Source: Candidatus Saccharimonadales bacterium (GTDB lineage: Bacteria; Patescibacteriota; Saccharimonadia; Saccharimonadales; UBA10212). Taken from it: a DNA stretch of 64,000 nucleotides. The stretch spans positions 313-64,312 of the forward strand of contig DASUJO010000032.1 in assembly GCA_036279215.1 (NCBI GenBank), given 5' to 3'. The position numbers and the translations under genes are program-made. The notes below the pieces were generated by a model. That model did no database searches, was not told the origin of the DNA, and saw nothing but the letters and a program-made list of their open reading frames with translations. Below, in pieces: positions 8,738 through 17,129 of the stretch (position 1 is its first letter; each line of letters starts with the position of its first letter).

Positions 8738-10183
8738 TTACGATTCTAGCACTTCGGCTTTACCGAAAATATTGCTTATGGCATTGAGTTCAGCTGCTAC
8801 GGTCTCGTTTAATTGCGGCAGCGGCTCGCTATTGTCAGCCAGGGATTTATCGAGTGAACATAAGATTACCGGTTTGGCGCCGGTTACTTCTTCTATTATT
8901 TCGGCCGTAAGATTAAGCTGTTTGGCCTCCTGGACCTTTTTTTTGTGAAGTTGGAAGGGGAACGAGAGGATAAGCTTACCGTCTTCCAGCACGGGTTTAG
9001 CCAGCCGCAGGGCGCTGTAAAGCGACGGTGCTTTGGTTTTTGCCCGGGCTAGTATTTCATCCCACGACCTGATATCGAACTCATTGTTTGCCGCCGGTTT
9101 GGCTGATTCTTTTGATGTATCATTACTGCTTCCGTTTCTTACCGGAGGATCGTTAGCTTTTATTATTTTGGGGTTAGTTTTTTGAGTCCCTTCTCCGGTA
9201 GTTGGCGGCTGGCTTGGCTGGTCATCGTTACCGCGGGCGGCGGCGCGCAGAACGGCAAGCTCAAGTAGCTCCTGCGGATTTACTCCGGCCGGTATTTCTA
9301 TTAGTTCTTTAAGCAGGTCTGCGGCCCATTTGCCGCCAAGCTCATTATTAATCAATTTATGCCTCAGCTTAGCGCTTAATGATTTAGCGACCGCTATAGG
9401 ATCTGTAGCTTTTGCCTGTAAATCGTCTAGGATGCCAATGGCATTTTTAGCGTTAGCTTTTATAATCGCATCCATCAACGCTGTTACCGACTGATCTGCC
9501 GGAATACCAAGAAAATCTCTGACAGCTTTTTGGCTTATCTTTTGCCCTGAACCCCCCAACTGATCCAGCAAACCGATGATATCGCGAAGGCTTCCTTCGC
9601 CGAATTGAGCGATCATTTCCAGCGCATCATCATCGGCGGCTATTTTTTCTTCATCAGCGATTTTGCGCAGGCGTTCTTGGGCGGCATGCCGGCTTATAGG
9701 TTTAAAATCAAATCGCTGAGTACGGCTGACGATTGTCTCCGGAAGCTTATGCGCTTCGGTAGTAGCTAAAATAAAGATACAGTGTGCCGGCGGCTCTTCT
9801 AACGTCTTGAGAAGCGCGTTAAACGCTTCTTTGGTGAGCATATGAACCTCATCTATTATATAAACTTTAAATTTTGCCGAAGTCGGAGCGATATGGACCT
9901 TTTCCCGCAAATCGCGGATTTCATCAATGCGGCGGTTGCTGGCGGCGTCGATTTCGATGATATCCAGGTGGAATTCATCACCGCTATACGGCAGGTCATT
10001 AATTTGGTGGGCCAGAATACGGGCGATTGATGTCTTTCCGACTCCTCTGGGGCCGGCAAACAGGTATGCGTGGCTGATGCGGCCGGATTTAATGGCTTTT
10101 TCCAATGTTTTAGTTGCCGCCTCCTGGCCTACGGCATCGTTAAAACTCCTGGGCCGGTATTTACGGTATAGCGCTTGTCCCAC
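8738..10183 (-). CDS. dnaX: DNA polymerase III subunit gamma/tau
   Basis: GTG start. YRPRSFNDAVGQ, GPRGVGKTS, IIDEVHMLT and SRTQRF are clamp-loader motifs. Confidence 0.93.
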   Translation of the reverse strand: MGQALYRKYRPRSFNDAVGQEAATKTLEKAIKSGRISHAYLFAGPRGVGKTSIARILAHQINDLPYSGDEFHLDIIEIDAASNRRIDEIRDLREKVHIAPTSAKFKVYIIDEVHMLTKEAFNALLKTLEEPPAHCIFILATTEAHKLPETIVSRTQRFDFKPISRHAAQERLRKIADEEKIAADDDALEMIAQFGEGSLRDIIGLLDQLGGSGQKISQKAVRDFLGIPADQSVTALMDAIIKANAKNAIGILDDLQAKATDPIAVAKSLSAKLRHKLINNELGGKWAADLLKELIEIPAGVNPQELLELAVLRAAARGNDDQPSQPPTTGEGTQKTNPKIIKANDPPVRNGSSNDTSKESAKPAANNEFDIRSWDEILARAKTKAPSLYSALRLAKPVLEDGKLILSFPFQLHKKKVQEAKQLNLTAEIIEEVTGAKPVILCSLDKSLADNSEPLPQLNETVAAELNAISNIFGKAEVLES

Positions 10184-10260
10184 TACATATAAATTATGAA
10201 CGATGGAGTTAAAATTATGAAGTTTTGAACGTAGTAGTTTTTATCGATTAAAGGCAGCTT

Positions 10261-10791
10261 TTAAAGAGCGGCTTCCAAAGCGGCCCACTCGGCGTTTACC
10301 GTCTCGTCCGAAGGGACGTTTACGCTTACTTGGTCGCCCGGCTTAGCTTTGAAGTATGTAACGCTCGCCAAAAGCACCCGGTATTGCTTATCGTCAACAT
10401 CCACGAAGTAGTGGCCGTCTTTTTGCGAAAGAACACCGACTACTTGCTTGCGTGGCACCGGCCCAATCTGCTTGTACAGGAATGAGCCGTCATCGGCGAT
10501 TGTCAGCTTAAGGATATCGCCCTGCACGAGTTTTGATTTGCTGGCGTAATTAGCGGGAACGGGGTAGGTTTTACCATCCGAACCGACCATATTCTGTCCG
10601 TCAAACACTCCTTCGATAACTTTTCCAAGTGCCTGGTCTTTGGCTTTGTCAACAAGGTCAGAATCTTCGCCGACAATACTAATCAGAAGCTCTCTGGCGG
10701 CCGCGATATTAGTCTCGGCTTCGCTCAAAAGAGCCCTCATTCTTTTTATTTGTTTGTCAGGTATATCCGCCATATTGTTTTTCTTCTCCAA
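10261..10791 (-). CDS. Hypothetical protein (N-terminal coiled coil plus beta-rich C-terminal half)
   Basis: 176-aa ORF with coding-like composition and a nearby ribosome-binding site. I recognise no family. Confidence 0.55.
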   Translation of the reverse strand: MEKKNNMADIPDKQIKRMRALLSEAETNIAAARELLISIVGEDSDLVDKAKDQALGKVIEGVFDGQNMVGSDGKTYPVPANYASKSKLVQGDILKLTIADDGSFLYKQIGPVPRKQVVGVLSQKDGHYFVDVDDKQYRVLLASVTYFKAKPGDQVSVNVPSDETVNAEWAALEAAL

Positions 10792-10887
10792 CTCCCCTAG
10801 TCTTTGTTTGACTACAGTGTCTGTCCCAAACGTACCACAACGGTAGGCTTAAGTCAAAAAGTCAAGAACGATTCTGTGGATAAAGAT

Positions 10888-11364
10888 TTATGCCAGTTCC
10901 ACTGTCGCGCCGGCAGCTTCCAGAGCCTTCTTGGCTTCTTCGGCTTCGTCTTTAGAGACCTTTTCCTTAACGGCTTTAGGAGCGCTGTCTACGATTGCTT
11001 TGGATTCGCCCAAGCCTAGGCCGCTTATATCCTTTACGGCTTTAATGACAGCCACTTTCTGAGAGCCGGCATCCTTAAGGATTACGTCGAACTCGCTTTT
11101 CTCATCGGCTGCGGGCGCTGAGGCGTCGCCGCCGGCTGCAGGAGCGGCAACGGCAACTGCCGGCGCGGCGGCGCTTACGCCCCAGTGCTCTTCAAGGAAT
11201 TTAACGAACTTGCTTACTTCAAGCGCGCTCATTTTATCTAACTGCTCGACAATTTTCTCGAACTCTTTGGGAACCTCGGCAGATTGCTTGGACTTCACTT
11301 CTTTAACTTCCTGTGCGGGAGCCTGTTCTTTAACTTCTTCTTGCTTATTATCTTCTTCGGCCAT
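10888..11364 (-). CDS. rplL: 50S ribosomal protein bL12 (L7/L12) with ~30-aa acidic N-terminal extension
   Basis: C-terminal [82 protein letters not shown] lies upstream of ATG 11364. Confidence 0.93.
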   Translation of the reverse strand: MAEEDNKQEEVKEQAPAQEVKEVKSKQSAEVPKEFEKIVEQLDKMSALEVSKFVKFLEEHWGVSAAAPAVAVAAPAAGGDASAPAADEKSEFDVILKDAGSQKVAVIKAVKDISGLGLGESKAIVDSAPKAVKEKVSKDEAEEAKKALEAAGATVELA

Positions 11365-11399
11365 GATTTTCCTTTCCTTATATGAATTGGCTTAGTTTA

Positions 11400-11933
11400 T
11401 TAACCGTTTAAATTCTCCGCCCTGGCATTCAGGACGTTAAGCACACCGCGTACATTGCCGGCGAGCACCGCGCTGAAACCTGACAAAGGTGACGCGATTA
11501 GGCCCACCAGCTGCCCCCTTAGCTGTTCTTTGCTGGGCAGGCTAGCCAGTATCTGTACGTCTTCGGCGCTCAGTAGCCGTCCGTCGCTGGTAAAACCGCC
11601 TACAAACTCAACTTGCGGATTTGTTTTAGCGAAGCCGGCTAAACTCTGGGCGGGCGCGACATCGTCGTCGCTATTAAAGGCATACAACAGCTGTCCTTTT
11701 ACGCTTGCAGTATCAGAATGCTTCAAAGTATCAACCGATTCCAATGCTTTAATAAAAAGCCTGTTCTTTATTATTTTGACATTAGTACCCGATGTTTTAG
11801 CTTGAGACCGAAGCTCCTGCAAATCCTTGACAGACGTTCCTTGGTATTTAGCGAACACCGTCAGCTTTGAACCTGCAAGCAGTTCCTGGATTTCGGTTAC
11901 CGTCGACTCTTTTTTCTGCCTGGTTAACGCCAT
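11400..11933 (-). CDS. rplJ: 50S ribosomal protein uL10
   Basis: 177-aa L10-like sequence directly upstream of rplL. SD AAGGAAGG lies before the ATG. Confidence 0.92.
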   Translation of the reverse strand: MALTRQKKESTVTEIQELLAGSKLTVFAKYQGTSVKDLQELRSQAKTSGTNVKIIKNRLFIKALESVDTLKHSDTASVKGQLLYAFNSDDDVAPAQSLAGFAKTNPQVEFVGGFTSDGRLLSAEDVQILASLPSKEQLRGQLVGLIASPLSGFSAVLAGNVRGVLNVLNARAENLNG

Positions 11934-11950
11934 CGCGCCTTCCTTAAATT

Positions 11951-11976
11951 AAAAAATCTTTGGCTGATGCCAAAGA
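11951..11976 (-). terminator. Hairpin plus U-tract between the tmk fusion and rplJ (terminator or L10-leader attenuator)
   Basis: Minus strand reads TCTTTGGC-atca-GCCAAAGA (8-bp stem) followed by TTTTTTAATTT, about 20 nt upstream of the rplJ start. Confidence 0.4.
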
Positions 11977-12050
11977 CATATACAAGGTGGTTACCTACCT
12001 AGGTAGCTGATTAAGCCCTTTTTATGGGCGGCTACTGTCTCTGGTATCAG

Positions 12051-12079
12051 CTTCTAAAATAACATACCTTATCTGTAAA
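12051..12079 (-). promoter_or_regulatory. Possible sigma70-type promoter for rplJL
   Basis: Minus strand reads TTTACA-N17-TAGAAG, just downstream of the tmk-fusion stop. Confidence 0.25.
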
Positions 12080-12085
12080 GGCAAG

Positions 12086-13990
12086 TTATCGGCGCTTATT
12101 TTTAGGCCGCCGATGCCTGTCGGAATCCGGTTTATTTACGCTATTGCCGGTTATGTTTTTCGCCTGGCGTTTATCATTAACTGTTGTGGCAATTAAAGGA
12201 TGCGCTTCTGATGCCAGTTCATGGAAATGCTTTAAGAACCCGGCTGCCTGGCCAGCAGCGTTTTTATAGCTGCCAAAGATTGCGCTGCCATTGACAGTAA
12301 ACTGCCACCTTTGTTTGTGGCCAAGCAGGACGCTATAACCTGATTCTGGGTCCCGGCCGGCGTTTTGCATGTCGCTGTAAAGCTCAAGGCTGGTATCAAA
12401 ACATTCTATAAAATCATCCGTTATCCCGGCGTCATCCAGCTGTTCAGGTACATCGTAGCCATATCGCGGCGTTGGCGGCTGTATTTTTACTTCAGCCGGA
12501 TTTAGCAGATTAATAAGCTTTTCGGCGATTTTTGCGCCGCCTATCAAATCAAAGCGATATAGCAATTTGCTAAGAATTCGGTCGGCATCGCTGGCGCACA
12601 ACGTTTTTAGCGCGTCAGCTTTCTGCTTATAAGTCATGGCGTCTATTTGAGCCGATATCTCGTCGCGTGACTGGTTGCTGAAGACGTATAAACTATCTGC
12701 CAGCAAATCAAATTCGTTCCTAGGAAACACTCCCGCCAGGCTTACCGGTTTGTCCGGCGTGGCCCCATGGCTGCCAGTTTTGCTTTCGCTTAAATGTTTG
12801 ATTATTTGTCCAAGCGTCTGCGGTCCGCTGCCAGACGGAAGCCCCCTGGACATAATCTGGCGGGATTCGCCTATACCCATCGCATCTGCTTCCATCATAG
12901 CTTGGTCCAGCTCCGCTTTTGAACCCGTGATTGTAGCGTCAGTCAGCGCCGCCAACGGCACCGCCATATCCAGTATCTGGTGTTCGGATTTAGGCAGCAG
13001 CTTACCCATCTTAGAATTCAGCGCTGCAAACTTATCCATGGCCGATTTATACTGTCTGGCTAAATTAGGGCTTAAGCCGGCCGGTATATAATAATTTAGC
13101 CTCAGCCGGTTCTGCGGCGGCCATTTAAGGCTGTATCCAACCTTAAATCCCCGGCCAATAAGCCAGCTTATCATCATCAGACTGATATCTTTCAGTTCAA
13201 AATTATCCCCCGGGCGGACTCCACGCGGTTCTGCGAACGGTTTGTCTTGCGTTTTTTTTACGGCATTTTTTTTAACCGGTTCGCTAAGATTTATTATGGC
13301 TGAACGGCCGGGTTTCGTTGGCTTTGGCAACAGCGGTTTTAATTGCTTCCATATATCATTATTTATTTCGGTAACTGGCTTTATTTTTCCGTCTTTCGCG
13401 CAATCGATCGCAAGGAAATCCTTAGGGAATAATTCGCAAAGCGTATCATATGCGGATACTGAACTTTTCAAATATTCCAAGTCTGCTTCGTGTTCGTCGT
13501 GGCTTTTATTAGTATAGGAACGTGCGTTCTTACGACTGATAAGCTCGAACGATATATCGGCCGGAACCCTTAGAAAGAGGTTGAGTGCCGGGCGGGGTAT
13601 TCCAAAAAGCTGGTACTCAAGGCTTTCGGACCACAAAAAATAACCGCGTTGCTCTGCCGGTTTGGTAAATTTAGCTCCCTGGTGGGCCATGTTTGAAGCG
13701 GTATAACGGTTTGCCAGCACCACCCTGCCCCTTGCCAGGCTCTGCCTGATTAGCGGAGCCGCTTCAAACCGGTCAAGCGCATAAAAAAATGATGCCGTAT
13801 ACGGGCTAACTTCGGATGCCGGGCCGTAATTGCCGTTTAGATATTGCCTGACGAAGTAGCTTGATGGCTCATCATAACGAGGGAAATCATAAACGTCTAC
13901 TTCATACCCGGTGGCCCGCAGGCGTTCAGCCAGCAGCTTGAATTGCGTGGTTTTACCCGAACCGTCGCTGCCTTCTAATACCAGGAACAT
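12086..13990 (-). CDS. tmk: Thymidylate kinase (N-terminal ~215 aa) fused to ~400-aa region with two degenerate ThyX-like modules
   Basis: N-terminus FLVLEGSDGSGKTTQ with P-loop and a DRF/lid-like region. The C-terminal half has two repeats that resemble the ThyX fold (details in findings). Confidence 0.8.
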   Translation of the reverse strand: MFLVLEGSDGSGKTTQFKLLAERLRATGYEVDVYDFPRYDEPSSYFVRQYLNGNYGPASEVSPYTASFFYALDRFEAAPLIRQSLARGRVVLANRYTASNMAHQGAKFTKPAEQRGYFLWSESLEYQLFGIPRPALNLFLRVPADISFELISRKNARSYTNKSHDEHEADLEYLKSSVSAYDTLCELFPKDFLAIDCAKDGKIKPVTEINNDIWKQLKPLLPKPTKPGRSAIINLSEPVKKNAVKKTQDKPFAEPRGVRPGDNFELKDISLMMISWLIGRGFKVGYSLKWPPQNRLRLNYYIPAGLSPNLARQYKSAMDKFAALNSKMGKLLPKSEHQILDMAVPLAALTDATITGSKAELDQAMMEADAMGIGESRQIMSRGLPSGSGPQTLGQIIKHLSESKTGSHGATPDKPVSLAGVFPRNEFDLLADSLYVFSNQSRDEISAQIDAMTYKQKADALKTLCASDADRILSKLLYRFDLIGGAKIAEKLINLLNPAEVKIQPPTPRYGYDVPEQLDDAGITDDFIECFDTSLELYSDMQNAGRDPESGYSVLLGHKQRWQFTVNGSAIFGSYKNAAGQAAGFLKHFHELASEAHPLIATTVNDKRQAKNITGNSVNKPDSDRHRRPKNKRR

Positions 13991-14001
13991 GACTTAGTGG
14001 A

Positions 14002-14715
14002 CTAGCGGGCTTTCAGCCCTTTAATCGGCCGAGGCATAGTCCTTTTATCCAGATATGCCTTCGGCAGCATCAGCTCCGGCCGCCAGTTTTTTATTAGCTT
14101 TTGAAAATCCGTGCCGGCTTGGTATTTGCCGCTGAATCCGCCATGCCGGCCAGCGCCGTAATTACCATCAACATCGCCGGTATGGTGAAAGATAATCTGC
14201 GCGATCCTCTCACCCACCGGTAAAAGAATAATCTCGTTATGGTTAAGGTTAAAAACTTCAAGCGTCAAGCGATTAACGTATCCCGGATCTATCCATCCGG
14301 CGTCAAAGCTAACAGCCACACCGTTACGGCCCCAGCTTGAGCGCGACCGCACCTCACACGCGCCAGGAGGCAGAATCCCAAAGAATTCGTGGGTGTGCGT
14401 AAGAATCCGCTCGCCCGGCCTGACCGGTATAACCGGGTGTCCCGCAGGAATACCCTTCAGCGGCATAACGCCGTTTTCTTGGCACCATTGCTTGTGCGGT
14501 ACGGCTTCCAGCGCGCCTTCGAAATACCTTTTTACATCTCCTTCATCAAACGGGTTGTAAACTGGATGGTCCTTAGAGCGCTCGGTGCGGTAGTAATAGC
14601 TGCCCAGCGTTACATCCAAACTGGCGTGCGCCACGTGTTTAGCTACGAATGGCGCGCATAGAATATGCCCCTCTCTTACGGCTTGTCTGATTTCTTTATT
14701 ACTGAATACCCCCAC
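14002..14715 (-). CDS. dcd: dCTP deaminase/dUTPase-fold protein (Dcd-like)
   Basis: GTG start with SD AGGAG. Contains RSRSSWGRNGV and GYVNRLTLEVFNLN (the SSxxRxG and LE motifs of dCTP deaminases). Confidence 0.75.
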   Translation of the reverse strand: MGVFSNKEIRQAVREGHILCAPFVAKHVAHASLDVTLGSYYYRTERSKDHPVYNPFDEGDVKRYFEGALEAVPHKQWCQENGVMPLKGIPAGHPVIPVRPGERILTHTHEFFGILPPGACEVRSRSSWGRNGVAVSFDAGWIDPGYVNRLTLEVFNLNHNEIILLPVGERIAQIIFHHTGDVDGNYGAGRHGGFSGKYQAGTDFQKLIKNWRPELMLPKAYLDKRTMPRPIKGLKAR

Positions 14716-14769
14716 TTGGTTTTTTGCTCCTTAGATAATATTTTAATGCTGTTGTAAACTTGTCGCAAA

Positions 14770-15702
14770 TCAGATTTCGGCACGGATGCTCGGACCCATA
14801 GTTGAAGAAACAAAAACCGACTTGATATAAGTCCCTTTTACGCTGGCCGGCTTAGCGCTGCGAACGCTGCTAGCGACCGCCTGGGCGTTTTCAAGTAATT
14901 TTTGCGGTCCGAAACTAACCTTGCCGATTCCCAGATGGATAATGCCGTTTTCATCAACGCGGAATTCTAGCTTTCCGGCTTTAGCTTCAGCTACGGCTTT
15001 GGCCACGTCTGCTGTTACAGTGCCGCTCTTTGGGTTCGGCATCAGGCCTCGCGGGCCAAGAAGCCGGGCGTATTTACCAAGTTTAGCCATAAGCATAGGG
15101 GTGGAAACTAAAACGTCAAAATCAATTTGTTCTTTATCGAGGGCAGCAATCAGCGTATCTGTGCCTACGATGTCGGCGCCGGCTTTTTTGGCTTTTTCGG
15201 CTTCGGCGCCTTCGGCAAAGGCCGCGACCCTGGATGTGCGGCCAGTGCCATGGGGAAGGATAACGCTATCGCGGACATTCTGGTCGGCCTGCTTGGGATC
15301 AACCGCCAGATTAAAGTGGATTTCGACCGTGGCATCGAATTTGGTTGTGGAAGTCTTTGCAGCCAAATCTACCGCTTCGGCCAAATTATAGGTTTTGGAT
15401 TTGTCTATCTGTTTAGCGGCATCTCGGTATTTCTTACCGGCTCGCTCTTGGCGGCTGCGCGGCGGCTTTTGCTCGGTTTTTGGCGTATCTTCGGCTTTTG
15501 CATTAGACTCTGTTTTCTTGCGTGCTTCTTTGGCTACTTTCTCCTGGGTTTCTTTTATTGCTTTTGTACTGCGCTTACCGGCTTTAGCATTAGTTTTTGC
15601 TTCTGTTTTTATAACTTCTGTTTCAGCTTCGGCTGCTTTTTCTGCCAGTTCTGACTTCTTGGGCTTCTTGGTATCGCTATCTTCTTTCTTGGCATCTGCC
15701 AT
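14770..15702 (-). CDS. rplA: 50S ribosomal protein uL1 with ~85-aa K/A/E-rich N-terminal extension
   Basis: The core from about residue 90 (GKKYRDAAKQIDKSKTYNLAEAV...GPRGLMPNPKSGTV) is typical of L1. Confidence 0.92.
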   Translation of the reverse strand: MADAKKEDSDTKKPKKSELAEKAAEAETEVIKTEAKTNAKAGKRSTKAIKETQEKVAKEARKKTESNAKAEDTPKTEQKPPRSRQERAGKKYRDAAKQIDKSKTYNLAEAVDLAAKTSTTKFDATVEIHFNLAVDPKQADQNVRDSVILPHGTGRTSRVAAFAEGAEAEKAKKAGADIVGTDTLIAALDKEQIDFDVLVSTPMLMAKLGKYARLLGPRGLMPNPKSGTVTADVAKAVAEAKAGKLEFRVDENGIIHLGIGKVSFGPQKLLENAQAVASSVRSAKPASVKGTYIKSVFVSSTMGPSIRAEI

Positions 15703-15753
15703 AACATCTCCTTCGTGGTGTTAACGTCCGACTCAGGCGGACTCCCACTTTAT

Positions 15754-15987
15754 TTAACTTAATGGGCTTGGCGGGGGTTCAGATTTTAACATTTCTAACA
15801 TGTCGTTAACCGACTGCTCTGAAATTTCATCTAGCTTAATCTTAAGGCATTCGGCAACCGCAAAGCGTAATGCCGGATTTGATATGCTTCTGACTTCCGC
15901 CGCCGCGTTCTGCAACACCGAGTGATCCTCGCCGCGCCTAAGCTCTGCAGCATCGTATATTTTAAATTGCTCTTGATTGCTATTCAA
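15754..15987 (-). CDS. Hypothetical small protein (77 aa) between rplK and rplA
   Basis: Track ORF. The only available start is TTG 15987, which overlaps the rplK stop by 8 nt. No recognisable family. Confidence 0.3.
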   Translation of the reverse strand: MNSNQEQFKIYDAAELRRGEDHSVLQNAAAEVRSISNPALRFAVAECLKIKLDEISEQSVNDMLEMLKSEPPPSPLS

Positions 15988-16405
15988 CTTCTATACCCAT
16001 GCTCCGGGCGGTGCCCGCTACCATTTTCTTGATAGCCTCAACGTCATCGGTATTCATATCAGCCGCCTTGGCCTCGGCGATTTCGCGCAGCTGCGCCTGA
16101 GACAGTTTCTTGTCCAGTTTTGTTTTGTTGGGCTCGCCCGAACCTTTATCGACTTTCAAAGCTGCCAGGATTAGCTCGTCAGTCGGCGTACCGACTACCC
16201 GCCAGCTCATCGTGCGGTCGTCGTAAATTGTGATGTGGACAGTAAGCATCTGGCCCATTTTATCTTTTGTCTGTTCGTTGAACGGGTTGACAAAATCCAT
16301 CATATTTACGCCGTATTGGCCGAGGGTGCTGCCTACAGGCGGACCAGCGCCGGCCTGTCCGCCGCGGATTTTCAATTTCAGGTTCGCGGTAGCTACTTTA
16401 GCCAT
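15980..16405 (-). CDS. rplK: 50S ribosomal protein uL11
   Basis: MAKVATANLKLKIRGGQAGAGPPVGSTLGQYGVNMMDF. Strong SD AGAGGAG lies upstream. Confidence 0.95.
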   Translation of the reverse strand: MAKVATANLKLKIRGGQAGAGPPVGSTLGQYGVNMMDFVNPFNEQTKDKMGQMLTVHITIYDDRTMSWRVVGTPTDELILAALKVDKGSGEPNKTKLDKKLSQAQLREIAEAKAADMNTDDVEAIKKMVAGTARSMGIEVE

Positions 16406-16583
16406 TTTTTACTCCTCTTTCATCGGCGGTCCTATCGGCCCATGCTTTATTAGTTTCATCTTCGATCAGCGGCAAGCCAAGGTTTTCCAGCCAGGCATTG
16501 GTTTCGGTTTTGGTAACAATATCCACGGCGAACCGTCCGGTGCGCCGCAGCTGTTCCCAATTTCCGTCTAAGCGTTCAGTCAT
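16398..16583 (-). CDS. Hypothetical small protein (61 aa) between nusG and rplK, or untranslated L11-operon leader
   Basis: ATG 16583 lies 3 nt after the nusG stop, and the ORF stop overlaps the rplK start region by 8 nt. No family recognised. Confidence 0.35.
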   Translation of the reverse strand: MTERLDGNWEQLRRTGRFAVDIVTKTETNAWLENLGLPLIEDETNKAWADRTADERGVKNG

Positions 16584-16586
16584 ATC

Positions 16587-17129
16587 TTAGACTCTCTTTA
16601 CCTGAAGGCCGTCGAGTTCCACAGGGGTTTCACGGCCGAACATATTAACAAGGACCTTAAGTTTGCCTTTTTGGGCGTCAATCTCATTGATAGCGCCGTC
16701 AAAACCTTTGAACGGTCCGTCGACAATGTTCACAACTTCCCCGACACGATAATCAAACTTGTGTTTTGGCTCTTCGCGGCCCATACGCTTCATAATCTTA
16801 TTTATCTCGTCTTCTTCCAGGGGAGTCGGCTCGGAACCGGTACCAACAAATCCAGTCACGTTCGGCGTATTACGCACGATATACCAGGCATCTTCGCTCA
16901 TCTTCATTTCCACCAAAACATACCCCTGGAAGATTCGTTTCTCAACGACTTTTCGCTTACCGTTTTTTATCTCGATCATTTTCTCTTTCGGCACCAAAAC
17001 CTGGTAAATTTTGTCGCCCATATCCAAAGATTCGGCGCGCTGGCGGATGCTTTCTGCGACTTTCTCTTCATACCCGGAATAGGTATGTATTGCGTACCAA
17101 TGTTTTGCTGAATCGTAGCGTTTGGTCAT
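16587..17129 (-). CDS. nusG: Transcription termination/antitermination factor NusG
   Basis: WYAIHTYSGYEEKV (NGN domain) and a KOW motif GEVVNIVDGPFKGFDGAINEID. Confidence 0.95.
   Translation of the reverse strand: MTKRYDSAKHWYAIHTYSGYEEKVAESIRQRAESLDMGDKIYQVLVPKEKMIEIKNGKRKVVEKRIFQGYVLVEMKMSEDAWYIVRNTPNVTGFVGTGSEPTPLEEDEINKIMKRMGREEPKHKFDYRVGEVVNIVDGPFKGFDGAINEIDAQKGKLKVLVNMFGRETPVELDGLQVKRV

Noticed and set aside
15127-15654. 175-aa plus-strand ORF opposite rplA (F/C/G-rich)
   Set aside because: Mirror image of the K/A/E-rich low-complexity extension of uL1, so it is an artefact of repeat composition.
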